Shown piece by piece: positions 30,471-42,760 of a DNA stretch of 64,000 bases; the stretch's first letter is position 1, and every line of letters begins with the position of its first letter. The notes beneath the pieces were generated by a model, which worked only from the letters and a program-made list of their open reading frames with translations, was not told the DNA's origin and ran no database searches. The translations under genes and the position numbers were made by a program. The stretch comes from an uncultured Flavobacteriaceae bacterium (GTDB taxonomy: Bacteria; Bacteroidota; Bacteroidia; Flavobacteriales; Flavobacteriaceae), in contig CAWCTF010000005.1 in NCBI GenBank assembly GCA_963798435.1, forward strand, positions 44,169 through 108,168, written 5' to 3'.

Positions 30471-31958
30471 TTAGTACTCATTGGCATGTTTATAATCCCC
30501 AAAGCGATATTTGACCGTTCGTTTGAGAGGAATATTCATTCCCTTCGAATTTTCAAGCCAATCGTAAATAGACGATGCCATTGATTTAGCGATTTCCTGT
30601 TTGTCAGGATCAGAGATCAAATTATACATTTCTTCGGGGTCATTTTCTAGGTCATATAATTCGTTGCGATCCCAAATGCCCTGATAGCGTATATATTTAT
30701 ATTTATCGGTACGCATCCCAAATACGGTAGGCGTCATCGGAAAATCGTATTCCCAAAAATATTCGTAGAATATTTCCTTCCTGGGGGCGGCTCCGGCTTC
30801 CCCGGTCAAGATGGGTATAAAGGAGGTGCCAGGCATAGTATCAGGGGTATCGATGCCCGCCTCGGCCAGGATTGTAGGCGCGATATCAATGTTTTGGACC
30901 ATTGCCATGGGTGTCTTCCCTCCCTCAAACAATTCAGGACATCGCACCAATAATGGCACCTTCACCGATTCTTCATAAAAATGGCGTTTATCGATTAACC
31001 CATGTTCCCCCCAGCTGAAGCCATTATCACCCATATAGATAACAAGTGTTGATTCGTCCAATCCATTCTTTTTTAAATATTCCATAATCGCACCGACACT
31101 TTCATCGACCCCCAAAAGGGTTTCGCAATAATCGACAACCATGCTATGAATATCTAAAAAATCATGATACATATAATCAACTCCGTGCCAACTGACCCGT
31201 TGGTCGGCGACCCATTGTGGCCATTTTAAATTCCTGTATTCCCCAGTAAGGGTTTGCCCATAGGTCGCTGGTAATTTAATTTTTTTGCCTTTATATTTTC
31301 CCTTATGCCGTTTCGCTGGTTGAAAGCCCGCATGTACGGCCTTGTGGGATAGATATAGGAAAAAGGGTTTCTTTTTGTCCCGCTCATCAAGCCATTTCAC
31401 GGCATGTTCGGTTAAAAGATCCGTAATATAGGTCGAGTCGGTATACGCAATTCGTTTCCCATTAATGTTCAGGGTAGGGTTATAATATACTCCTTGTCCA
31501 GGAAAACTTTCCCAATGACTAAAGCCTGGTTGGGGGGCATCACCGTGGTCACCCATATGCCATTTCCCAAAAAAACTCGTTTGGTATCCTGCCTTTTGCA
31601 AATACTGCGGGAAATAGGTAAGATTTCCAGGATCCGGTGCCTGGTTATCGACAATTGTATGCGAATGTGAAAATTGACCAGTTAAAATAGAGGCCCTACT
31701 AGGTGAACATAGTGAGGTGGTAACGAAGGCGTTCGGCAAATAGGCACCTTCTTGGGCGAGCCTATCCATATTGGGAGTTTCCAACCAAGGTACTTTTCCG
31801 GTAAAACCCATGTAGTCATACCTGTGGTCATCGGTAAGTATAAAAATTACATTCCGAGGTTTTTTCTTTTGTTTTGGTTCACTCGAAGTTCCTGCATAAC
31901 TACTCCCCAGAAAAATGAGGTACATGATGGGAAAAATGATTTTTTTCATTTCTTTCAT
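30471..31958 (-). CDS. Cys-type sulfatase (formylglycine-dependent, family S1)
   Basis: 495 aa with a signal peptide, NVIFILTDD and the LCSPSRASILTG formylglycine motif. Confidence 0.88.
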   Translation of the reverse strand: MKEMKKIIFPIMYLIFLGSSYAGTSSEPKQKKKPRNVIFILTDDHRYDYMGFTGKVPWLETPNMDRLAQEGAYLPNAFVTTSLCSPSRASILTGQFSHSHTIVDNQAPDPGNLTYFPQYLQKAGYQTSFFGKWHMGDHGDAPQPGFSHWESFPGQGVYYNPTLNINGKRIAYTDSTYITDLLTEHAVKWLDERDKKKPFFLYLSHKAVHAGFQPAKRHKGKYKGKKIKLPATYGQTLTGEYRNLKWPQWVADQRVSWHGVDYMYHDFLDIHSMVVDYCETLLGVDESVGAIMEYLKKNGLDESTLVIYMGDNGFSWGEHGLIDKRHFYEESVKVPLLVRCPELFEGGKTPMAMVQNIDIAPTILAEAGIDTPDTMPGTSFIPILTGEAGAAPRKEIFYEYFWEYDFPMTPTVFGMRTDKYKYIRYQGIWDRNELYDLENDPEEMYNLISDPDKQEIAKSMASSIYDWLENSKGMNIPLKRTVKYRFGDYKHANEY

Positions 31959-32016
31959 TATTTATTAGAGATGGCTAAATTGAATTTGGCTTTCAATCCA
32001 CAACTTTTAAAGTCTA

Positions 32017-32736
32017 TTACTTGAGTTCCTGTTTCATAAACCATTCATACAGCGCATTGGTGCTATAGGCTTTTACCCATGCATCATGTCCAACGTGCGG
32101 GTATCTCGTGAACTGAACATTGTAGCCCATCTCCTTTAAGCGGGCCACCATGTTTTCTGACTCAGCTATGGGAATCGATTGATCTTCTTCGCCATGAAAG
32201 ACCCAAATGGCCATTTTTTTATTTATCCAAGCTGCATAGGGTACCGGGGTCATCCCGCAGACAACGGCCAAAGCCGCAAATTTATCCGGGTATTGCACTG
32301 CTAGTTCCCAAGCCGCTCCACCTCCCCTACTCAATCCCGTTAAATAAATTCGATTTTTATCTACATTGTTGTGGGCAACGATCGTATCTAGTAATTGCAT
32401 GATAGCCCGGGTATTCCACCATTTATTTTTATACGGATTTTGAGGCGCCAATACTAAAAAAGGGAAATTCTTTCCATTGGCAATCAATTTAGGGGGACCT
32501 ATGCGCTTTATGGTACCCAGACTGTCGCCCGATTCCCCACCACCATGTAGAAACAACAAAAGGGGAAATTTCAGGTCACTATCAGCGTCATACTCTGCCG
32601 GATAGTACAGATAATAGTTCAATTTCTCTTTGATGATGGTCTCCTGTTCGCCATCTATCAAATGTGATTGGGCGCTGCAACCCTGAAAAACCAATAAAAT
32701 GGCAAGCAACCAACTTAAATTTTTTAGGGTTATCAT
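32017..32736 (-). CDS. Alpha/beta-hydrolase esterase lipoprotein (carboxylesterase or PHB-depolymerase-type)
   Basis: The likely start is MITLKN at 32736, with a lipobox (VFQGCS). It has an LFLHGGGE oxyanion region, a GLSRGG nucleophile elbow and a C-terminal HD. Confidence 0.7.
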   Translation of the reverse strand: MITLKNLSWLLAILLVFQGCSAQSHLIDGEQETIIKEKLNYYLYYPAEYDADSDLKFPLLLFLHGGGESGDSLGTIKRIGPPKLIANGKNFPFLVLAPQNPYKNKWWNTRAIMQLLDTIVAHNNVDKNRIYLTGLSRGGGAAWELAVQYPDKFAALAVVCGMTPVPYAAWINKKMAIWVFHGEEDQSIPIAESENMVARLKEMGYNVQFTRYPHVGHDAWVKAYSTNALYEWFMKQELK

Positions 32737-32888
32737 CGCATTGAAAATGCGTGTTTCGTAAATATTAGTCACAAGGCGCGTGCTTTTCACTATTAAAAAT
32801 TCATTGTGATGAATATAGGGAAAAGTGGTTGACTAAAAAATTCTATTACCTGATAGGTTTAAAAAAGCGCAATACGAAGCAATAGAAA

Positions 32889-32920
32889 CAAAAAAGGCAT
32901 CCGATAGATGCCTTTTTTTT
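32889..32920 (-). terminator. Rho-independent (bidirectional-looking) terminator after the giant adhesin gene
   Basis: The stem ggcatc (32896-32901) pairs with gatgcc (32907-32912). It is flanked by an A-run on one side and a T-run on the other, about 20 nt past the adhesin stop at 32941-32943. Confidence 0.7.
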
Positions 32921-32940
32921 GAATCAGAATATGCTATTTA

Positions 32941-35900
32941 CTAGCGATAGAGTGTGAAATGCCCAACGTAGCGCACCTTACTCTTATCGTTGGAATTTAC
33001 AACATACCAGTAATCACCAGTAGGAAGCTCATTGCCGTCATACCTTCCATCCCAAAACGACACTTGATCTAAAACGGCAACCACCCTACCATAACGGTCA
33101 TATATTTTTACCGTAATATTTGGGAAAAACTCCCTATTCAAAGGTGCCCATACGTCATTTTCATTATCCCCATTGGGCGAAAAGAAATTAGGTATATCCA
33201 GCATGCCTTCGAAGACAAAAGGAATTGCAACCTCGGCCTCACATCCCATTTGATCCACCACCTTCACGGTTACCGTTCCGGTTTCATTGGTCGTGAAGAC
33301 GGTATCCGTTCCAAATGACTGGCCTTGGAAGAAAAATTCATAGCCACCATAGCCTCCTTCGGCAGAGGCGGTCACTTCGTTCGCGCCTGTTTTAATAGCT
33401 GTCAAGGTTAAGGGGTCATAGGCATCTATAGTAAAGTCAGTCGTATTCGTACATCCGTTTTCGTGATAGATATAAACCGTATGGTTCCCTGCCGGTAAAT
33501 CGCCCCACGTGGTTTGCGTATCGGCCAGGTTGATATCATCGACATCGAGTGAGAACAACAACTTTGGCAGCAAACTGGCATCTTGCATCGTTACCAACAC
33601 CGTATTGGTCGGGAAGATACCTTCGCAACCATATTGAACAACGGGTGCAGCCGTAAGATCTACGCCGATTTGAATCGTCAGTATCGTATCGGTTCCGCAC
33701 AAGCTGGCATCTTGTATGAAGACCACATAGGTGGCCCCACCCCTTAAATTGGTGAAAGTCAAGTTATCATTTCTTACAAACACTTCGCTTCCATCAGAAT
33801 CAGGACCAATCAGTTTCGTTTCATAATATGGGTTGAGCGTTAAGGCATCTACGAAAGGAGTCCCTCCGGTAACGGTCAGTTGTGCAGTGCCATCTTCAAA
33901 CCCAATACAGGTTTCAGGCGTAGTACTTACATTGGTCACTGTAACTTCTGCAGGTGCGGTTACCGTGATTAAATCCTTCTCAAAGCAGCCATTTTCGTCC
34001 TGGATCAATATTTCATAGCTACCTGCCGCCAAATCGTCAAATACATATACACCCGGCGTCAATGGGTCGCTAAAGAATTCATTGAAGTTCGGCTCAATGG
34101 CAAACTGAATAAGTCCGACCCCACCACTTAATACTTCTACGGTAATCGATCCGTCGGCTTCCCCAGAACAGCTCACCGGAGATGCAACCGCATCGAAAAC
34201 GATCGGTTCTGGTCGAATAATCTCAAAAGGTCCCGCGATATCACTACAGGTCACCCCGCTTGTAACTGCAATATAGTAGGCATTTCCGCCGGCAACCGAG
34301 CCTTCGGGCAATCCTTCAAAAGTACCATTATCCTGAGGTCCTCTAAAGAGGGTCGCTGACGGATTGGGAGCAAAGGCATCCCCTGGGTCACCTATATAGA
34401 GATAGAAAAGATTGTCGCCAACACCACCATTGATAAATGATTCTATACGCCCATCCAATTCGGAGGCACATGAAATATCATCGGGTAGATTGGGCAATAG
34501 GGTTATACCTGTGGCATCGGTCATGGTAATGCCATTCGAACGCACTGGTAAACAGGTATTCGAGGCATTCTTCTTACGTACATCGAATTGATAGGTTATT
34601 CCTGAAATCCCTGGAAATAAGGCCGATGTACCGATCATATCAGTATAGACTCCTACTGGTACACCATTTTCGATCAATTGGTATTCATACACGAATAATG
34701 GATCCGGATTTTGAATTTCAAGTCGCATTTCACCCATACCCCCACAACCAGGAACCCGGGTCTGTACTAATTTAGGCTGTACCGGTGGCGGTGGATTCAC
34801 AAAATAAGGGGTAGTAACAAAAAGGCAATCAAAACTCGAGGAAACCTCAATGGCATACCAGCCACCACTAATAAATCCACCACTCGAACCAATAAATGTG
34901 GGTGAGTTCTGTAACCCACTTGCAGAGGCGATATCGGTATTATCATTGCTATTCAAATACAGCAACCGATAGTTATACCCAGCTCCAGGATACCCGCCCG
35001 TAGCACCTGCAATTGCAGTAATCGCATCCCCGGTGGTAGGATCATAAGCCTCAAGTACGGCATTGTTGCCATTTGGGCAGACAAGACCTTGGGGTTCACG
35101 AATGCCTGCATCGATTTGGGGAACTATAGGCAAATTAATGTCGAAAATCGCCGAACAACCTTCTACATCCCGCACTTCTACACGATAATCCCCACTTGAC
35201 AAATTCATAAAATCGTAAACGGCAGAAAATGGCACTTCAATAAGATAGGTTCCGCTACCATCATCTTTCCAAAGCTGATATGAATAGGCAGAAGAATCCC
35301 ATCCTCCGACGGCGTTGGCCTCGATCCTACCGGCACCGTCACTGCAACTAACATTCCCAATTTCGATTGCCGAGGCCGTTAAGGGGCCATTCGGAGTTCG
35401 TATAGTAGCAATGTTACTGTCAGAAGTACAATAGGGATCAGCAGAAGCGATGATTTCAACAAAGAAATTGCCGCCTGGTAAACCGGCAATGTTTTCAGGG
35501 TTATTGGCAGTGTCTAAACTTCCAGTGGCCAAAACCGTCGTCTTACCGGGATCACTTCCACTATAAACATTATAGGTATAGGGTCCTGTGTAATTGGTTA
35601 CCGTAATAGCCAATTCCCCATCACTTCCACCAAAACAAGATATCGGTTTCGCTTCACTTATCGTAGCAATCGGCTCTATAGGTTCAATGACCGTATGTTT
35701 CGGCATCGGATACGCACAACCCCCGACATTATCCTGTACTTCGAACAAATAATCCCCGGCCGCTGGAAGATATACATCCACATAGTTGTTCCCAGGCGCA
35801 TTGGTGACCGGCCCAACGGCAACAGCTGAAATGGTAGATACCGTAAAATCGGTCGTTCCTATCACTTGTATTCGCACCCGTTCGTCATCCCTACAATTCA

Positions 35901-38900
35901 AAGGGTCTAGTTCAATGACGGTGGGCACAACATCGGTAGGCGGGTTGATGGTAGGCAGATCAAAAGTTGTCTGACACCCATTTCCATCAATCGCATACAC
36001 CGTAATATTCTGTGGCGAACCCGTATCGACAATTTCAAATGTATTCGCCGATTGATAATTTGAAAACCCGGAAATACTATATTGATAACCACCAGTAGCT
36101 GTGCCAGGGTCGACGATATTTATGGTTATTATAGTTGAACTAAAACGATTGGCACCAGGTTCACAAGCAAAGTCGGGGGCACTGGCAGTTATTGAAAAAG
36201 GCAATGGATCTACTATATCCAATGGTCCGGATAGAACGGAACAATTTCGTGTAGAAATTACCTCTACCTCATACGTCCCAGGGACCAGATTCGGAAAGGA
36301 ACCAGAAGCATTATTCGATATCAGGGCCCTGGTGGCAAAGTCTACCAAGCGATAATCGAATGGGCCGTCTACATCGCTACCTGGTTGCAAAACAATATCG
36401 ATACTGCCATCATCGGCCCCATTACAACTTATGTCTTGAGCGGTAGCCGTTAATATAATCGGAGGCACCGCCGCATCAAGATTGATATTGTTGACGGTAA
36501 ACGAACAAAAACCGCTACCATCATTCACTATCCTATCGGTAACGATTACCTGATAATTTCCTGGAAATATCCCTGTAAATATTGGATTATTCGTTTGTGA
36601 AATACTAACAGGATTCGATAGGTAATCCAATCCGGTCAGGTCGAAATCGAAATCGCCACTTCCTCCAATTGGTAGGATGGTTATGACCCCATCGGCATCG
36701 TTACAGGTCGATTCGGTCGTGAATCCGCCGGAAGCCGATAAAAACTCATAGACCGTCGCGGTACCCACACTTGAACACCCATCGGCATCTTCTACCATCA
36801 CGGGATAATCCCCAGGGGAAGAAACGGTAAAGGTATATTCGTAAACACCCCCGTTCAACACCCCGAATTGGGTATCTCCACCTAGGGTAAATCGCGGTGT
36901 GTCTACCGTATTGGGTACACTTACAGTGATATCGAATGCGGTGGAAGTAGGGTCACATTGATTTTGTACGATCGGGGTATTCAAAGTGGGAGGATTCTGT
37001 TGCTGGATGATCGTCCCGATATCAAAAGAGGTACATCCTGAAATGTCCCGCACGTACACTTGGTAGGTGCCCGCAGGGCCTCCAAAGGTGGTGGTCGTTC
37101 CAAAATCGTCGGTCGGATCGGCAGGGGTAGCAGTCCCGTCGTAATCCGGAGTGAATCCGGCAAGGCCAAATGCGAACTCATAGGGTCCCCCGGCCCCACC
37201 TCCACCGACAACCGTAAATTGGCCATCGGCATTACAATTTGCAGGCTCTGCGGTCAGTATATAAACGTTTGGTAGGTTTTGATTTATGGTAATCAAGGCT
37301 CCATCAGTACAAAAATCGGTTAAATTGGTCACGATAACCTGATAGTTGCCAGGCAATGTATCATAAAAACCATTGTAGGGTATGGTAGTTACCCCATTCT
37401 GAGTTTCCGAATGCATCAAAGTTCCTGTATCGACATTATAGATCTCGATAAATAAGTCATCTCCGCTGTTAAAATTGGAAACACTATACGTTATCTGTCC
37501 ATTTCGTAGGGCGTTACAATAGCCTGGAGTGGAGCTGGCCGTAACATCCAAATTAGGCCCGTCAATCGGATCAATGGTCTCAATATGGGTACATCCAGTG
37601 CCTAGATCATTGACCTCGACCGTGTAAGCGACACCATATTGCAGCCCCGCAAAGGTATGCCTGTCAGGAGGCAGGTTTACAGGAACGAAGAGACTTGGTG
37701 GATCAGTCACCAAACGAATCTCAAAGGGGCCTACCCCGCCCACTATGGTTACCGTATTGGTAAAACCACCTGGGGTACATATTGGAGTGACTACGGGATC
37801 GGGAACAACATCGAGATCACCATCATCGACCCGAATATAATCTTGATCAAGACAACCATTGCTATCAAGGGTTATGACCATATAGTTACCTACAGGTACC
37901 CCGGAAAAAGTTGCAGAGGTACTTGATGTTGGGCCGGTTCTTTGTAATTCTACGCCATATTGATCTTGTAGGATATATGTAAAGTCGGGCGTTCCCCCAC
38001 TTACCGTGGTGACCGATATGTCACCTGCTACGGATCCTGTAAAACAAGTCGCCGGGGTTGCAGTTACTGTAGCATCTGGTGCCGTCCCCGGGCTCGGTAT
38101 CGTTACATCTTGCGGTATTGTTTCACAACCTCTGGCATCCCGAACCGTATACGTATAGGTTTGTCCTTCGATTAGATTGGAATAGAGGGTATTGGAGGAC
38201 CATCCTGCACCATCAAAATTGATCTCATAAGGAGCCAAGCCACTGGTAGCATCTGGAGTAATGATGACCCTACCGCTATTGGTTTCCCCACAAGCAGGAG
38301 GAAATACCTGATCTGTCGCAGGGTTTATATTGACCGGGGGATCCAAAATAATCGGATTGGAAATCGCCGTACATCCGGCATTGCTGGTATTATTATCGGT
38401 TATCCTAAATACATAGGTACCTGGTATATCGGTATCATATAGAAAATTGTTCGAGGTCAAAGGCACCGCGGCCGCAAAAGTGACGCCATTATCAGCGCTC
38501 ACTTCATACTGTTTTGGTCCAGCCCCCGAGGTATAACCGCCGGTAACGACAACCCTAATTTGTCCTGGGGCACCGCCACAGGGTATTTCGTTCTCAATAC
38601 TAATATTTGCCCGTAATTGTGGATTAATGGTAACACTGATATTGTCTTTACAACTATTGCCATCAACGACCTCAAGGGTATAATTGCCAGGTGCAATCCC
38701 CGAAAATATCGGACTCGCTTGCAATGGACCACCATTTATGCGATATTGATGACTTGCCAAGGGTGCCGTACCGGCCGTAGAAGTAACGGCTATGGTAGCC
38801 CCTGTACCGGGAATATAACAAAAATCGGAAGAAGCCGTATCTATATTGATACTAGGCGCATCAATCGGTGTCAGATCAAAATTAAAAGTAGCAGTACATC

Positions 38901-41471
38901 CTTCTGCATCGGTTACTGACAAGGTATAGGTTCCTGCAACAGAAAGATTACCAAATGAGGTACCTGACTTTGGCCCTACCGTTGGGGCTCCCCCGGGATA
39001 AACCAATGTATATCGGTTGGTACCCCATCCGCCGGAAGCATTTGCCACTACCCTACCCAAATTGTTGTTCGAACAACTCATGGGCGTAACCGTACCCAGC
39101 AAGCTCAAGGGCGAGGGTGACTCTAGGACATCAAAGGAGGCACTATCGGTACATCCCGAATCGACATCGGTAACAGTGATCGTATATGTACCTGCCCCTA
39201 GACCACCAATAGTTACTTGGGCATTGTTTTGGGCACCGCTCTCTGCGCCGCCATTGATATTATAGGTATAATTATTTGCAAACCCATCGATTAAAAATGT
39301 ACCAGATCCATCACTAGCACCCGTACACACCTTAAGATCGCCACCTGACTTTACCCTTGCCCGTATAGAACTAATAAGTGCAGGGGTGAATCCTTCGGTG
39401 TAGGTACAATTATTGGCATCGGTTATCTGAAAAATATAGGAAGTCGTTGTGCTTAGACCGATAAATGTATTGCTGGCACCGTTGTTGATTACAACCGGAC
39501 TAATAATTGAATAATTCGTGATAGCCGCATTGCTCGTCGGGGTCAACTGCACATCAGAAGTGCTCGTTGCACAGCTGATATTCAATTGTGCAAACGTAAT
39601 GTCTGAAGGAGGGTCAACGTCTAAAATCGTAATTGGCGTCAAGGTCAATCGGCATCCTCCACCGTCTTGAATTATCGGCGTATAGGTACCCGGCACCAAA
39701 TTGGGATATGACGTGGCCCCTGAAAAGTTAAGTCCGTCAATACTAAACACATATCCTCCGCCAGATCCACCGGTAAACGGGCCGACAAAATCAATCTGTC
39801 CGCCATTGACACCGCCACCACTGCACGTTCTATCTGTTATTTTGACCGCTGATCCCGTAATTGCGCCGACATTCGTTACGGTTACAGGGGGCAAGGACAT
39901 TGTACATTGAAATCCGCCTTGTTGGTAAAGCACCTCGATATTGTTGTAGGTTCCGGCAGGTACTGAGATTTGGGGATTGGTATCCCAGGATCCCCAGAAT
40001 TTACCCGATATGATAAATTATACCCTTTTGCATCATTAATAGTAAAGTTGATTTTAGCGCCACCATTTGAACAGGTACCATTAATTCCATTGGCGGTAAC
40101 GTTTGGTGGCAGCAAGGTTTCTACATTCGAGGAAGCGCTAATTGTACACCCATTGCTATCTGTGATTAAAAAATCATACGTGCCTGGGGCAGTAACGGTA
40201 TACGTGGTCGTTCCTGTGTAGGATGGCTGAAGTGGCCCACCATTGACACTGAAGCGATACGGTGCAGCACCTCCTGTGGTATTTACCGTAATATCGACAT
40301 CGGTGATATTCGAACAACCAAAACTACTATTAACTTCGGTGGATGCATCTAATGGTGATAGGCCATTCCCAATAACTATGGGATTGCCTCCCGTGTCAAG
40401 ATCCTGTCTTGGGGGATCGATTCCGTTCAATGGGTCGCCCGTGCATTGTTGTGTTTCAACTTGAACAATATACGTACCGAATCCAACTGCCGAGAACGTA
40501 TATGGATTCGTTGCAACGAAAGCGGTGAATTCCTGAGGTACCCCAGAGCTATTTAATAAAGTATATTTAAAGGGGCCGGGGACGTTGTTGGCTGTTACGG
40601 TAATACTCCCGGTATCGCCTGAACATTGCGCATCGACGAATGTAACATCAATAGCAAGATCCTGTTGTAAGATCGTAATCGGTGCATACGGGTATTCACA
40701 AGTGTTCGGCGTATTTTTTAAACGCGCTTTTACGACATACGTACCTGGAAGAAGATTGTTGAAAATGGGGCCCTGCCATGGTCCGAAACCGCTGCCACTA
40801 TTAACACTGAACTCATAGGCACTTGAAAGATTGGTAATCTGGATCCTCCCTGGAACACCACAGATATAATCATTCTTAACAAAGGTTTGGGTGATCGTAC
40901 TTTTCTTTACTTTAAAATAATAGTTTACACCATCAACTACCACCCTATACTCTGCACCCGTTGTTGCAGGAATGGTGCCAGCATTTAAATTGAAGGTGGC
41001 CCCAGAGCCAACGGTAGAATAACATCCGGCTGTGGTATTCGGACAGTCATCGTTGATATTCGGGGTACAACCACCACCCAGCACTTGCCAGGTTATACTC
41101 GAATGTGATCCAGAAAGCGATAGTATTCGATTGTCTGAATCCCCGCAAAGATTAAAACGTGCAACCGTCAGACCATTTGTGCTACAGCCAACTTCCTGGT
41201 CTGCTCCTTGGATGATCGTAGCAAACATGAAAGCATTAGCCGATGAACTGACATTGGCATCCTTTTCAAAGGGAGAGACCACTGATTCGTGAATTGCAGG
41301 AATATCCGCAGTGGGAATGGAGGTACCCTTTTCAGAACCTGTATCCAAAACTGAGGCGACTTCGGCAATGAGCTCGTAAACTTTTGTATTCGCTATTGCC
41401 GACGTGCATATAGCGGTAAGAGCGGTCAATAGGAGGGCATACAGAATATGCCTTGGTTTTTTTGGGAGCAT
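32941..41471 (-). pseudogene. Giant SprB-repeat cell-surface adhesin with a T9SS type-B C-terminal sorting domain; a single gene of about 2843 aa split by one frameshift as sequenced
   Basis: ORF 39882..41471 carries the signal peptide (MLPKKPRHILYALLLTALTAICTSA) and the first Cys-bracketed modules. ORF 32941..39933 carries about 25 further modules and ends in ...FFSPNGDNENDVW...YDRYGRVV...WDGRYDGNELPTGDYWYVV...GHFTLYR, which matches the gliding-motility-associated C-terminal domain. The two frames overlap, and a repeat module spans the junction near 39985-39995. Confidence 0.85.
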
Positions 41472-41609
41472 AGGTTAAGTCGAATTTTTTTAAGAATAAT
41501 CAGATTTGGGGATGCTGGATATTCTTCGGGGTAATTGTTTAAACTTATATTTTCTATTTATCTTTATGCACTACAGCATATCTTATTACATTACAATTAA
41601 CGTTAAATT

Positions 41610-42731
41610 ATGAAAAATAGTATTGTATCACTTTATTTAATCGTTTTGGCACTAAATTTTTCGTGTGCACAGCAATCTGAAAATCAAGTTGATACACCTT
41701 CTGGAGTGCCATTTACTGAAGTGCTTTTTATCGATGGGATAACGATTCCTTGGGGGATGGCATTCCTTCCTGATGGCAGTATGCTGGTGACTGAAAAATC
41801 AGGGGATTTACTGCTTGTTAAGGATGGAAAGAAAACGAAAATATCAAATGTGCCAACAGTCTACGATCGTGGCCAAGGTGGCCTATTAGACATTGAATTA
41901 CATCCTGACTATAGCAACACGGGTTGGCTTTATATCTCCTATGCATCCTCCGATGGAGATGAAAAAGGTGGAAACACCGCAATCATGCGGGCAAAATTAA
42001 AAGATAATTCACTGGTAAACAATCAATTACTTTACAAAGCTTCACCTAATACTACAAAAGGACAACATTTTGGTTCCCGCATTCAATTCGACAATGAAGG
42101 TTACCTCTATTTTTCCATTGGGGAAAGAGGTGAGCGCGATATAAATCCACAGGATATTACGCGGGATGGCGGAAAGATCTATCGATTACATGATGATGGA
42201 CGAGTTCCCGTCGATAATCCGTTTGTTGATGCCAATGGCGCCAAAACGGCGATTTATAGTTATGGTCACCGAAATCCACAAGGTTTGGCTAAAAACCCGT
42301 TGACAGGTGAACTGTGGGATAATGAGCACGGTCCGCGCGGTGGGGATGAAATAAATATCATTAAGAAGGGGGCGAATTATGGGTGGCCGGTTATTACATA
42401 CGGAATTAATTATAGTGGGACCCCAATAACCGATAAAACCGAAATGGAGGGAATGGAACAACCCATTCACTACTGGGTACCCAGTATCGCCCCAAGTGGA
42501 ATGGCATTCATTACCTCGGACGCATATAAGGGCTATAAGGGCAGCCTGCTCGTCGGCTCGCTAGCGTTTCAATATTTGGAGCGCCTACAGTTTGAAGGCA
42601 ATACGGTTATCGCTCGCGAAAAATTATTGCCGGATATCGGGCGTGTGCGCAATGTGAAACAAGGTCCTGATGGTCTGATCTATGTAGCGGTCGAAGGCAA
42701 GGGTATTTATAAATTGGTACCAAAAGCTTAG
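41610..42731 (+). CDS. PQQ-dependent soluble sugar (aldose/sorbosone) dehydrogenase, YliI-like beta-propeller
   Basis: 373 aa with a signal peptide. PWGMAFLPDG, GQGGLLDIELHPDY, HFGSRIQF, YSYGHRNPQGL and EHGPRGGDE are characteristic of the GSDH family. Confidence 0.85.
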   Translation: MKNSIVSLYLIVLALNFSCAQQSENQVDTPSGVPFTEVLFIDGITIPWGMAFLPDGSMLVTEKSGDLLLVKDGKKTKISNVPTVYDRGQGGLLDIELHPDYSNTGWLYISYASSDGDEKGGNTAIMRAKLKDNSLVNNQLLYKASPNTTKGQHFGSRIQFDNEGYLYFSIGERGERDINPQDITRDGGKIYRLHDDGRVPVDNPFVDANGAKTAIYSYGHRNPQGLAKNPLTGELWDNEHGPRGGDEINIIKKGANYGWPVITYGINYSGTPITDKTEMEGMEQPIHYWVPSIAPSGMAFITSDAYKGYKGSLLVGSLAFQYLERLQFEGNTVIAREKLLPDIGRVRNVKQGPDGLIYVAVEGKGIYKLVPKA

Positions 42732-42760
42732 GTAATGGTGCAAATAGACGAATCAACTGT

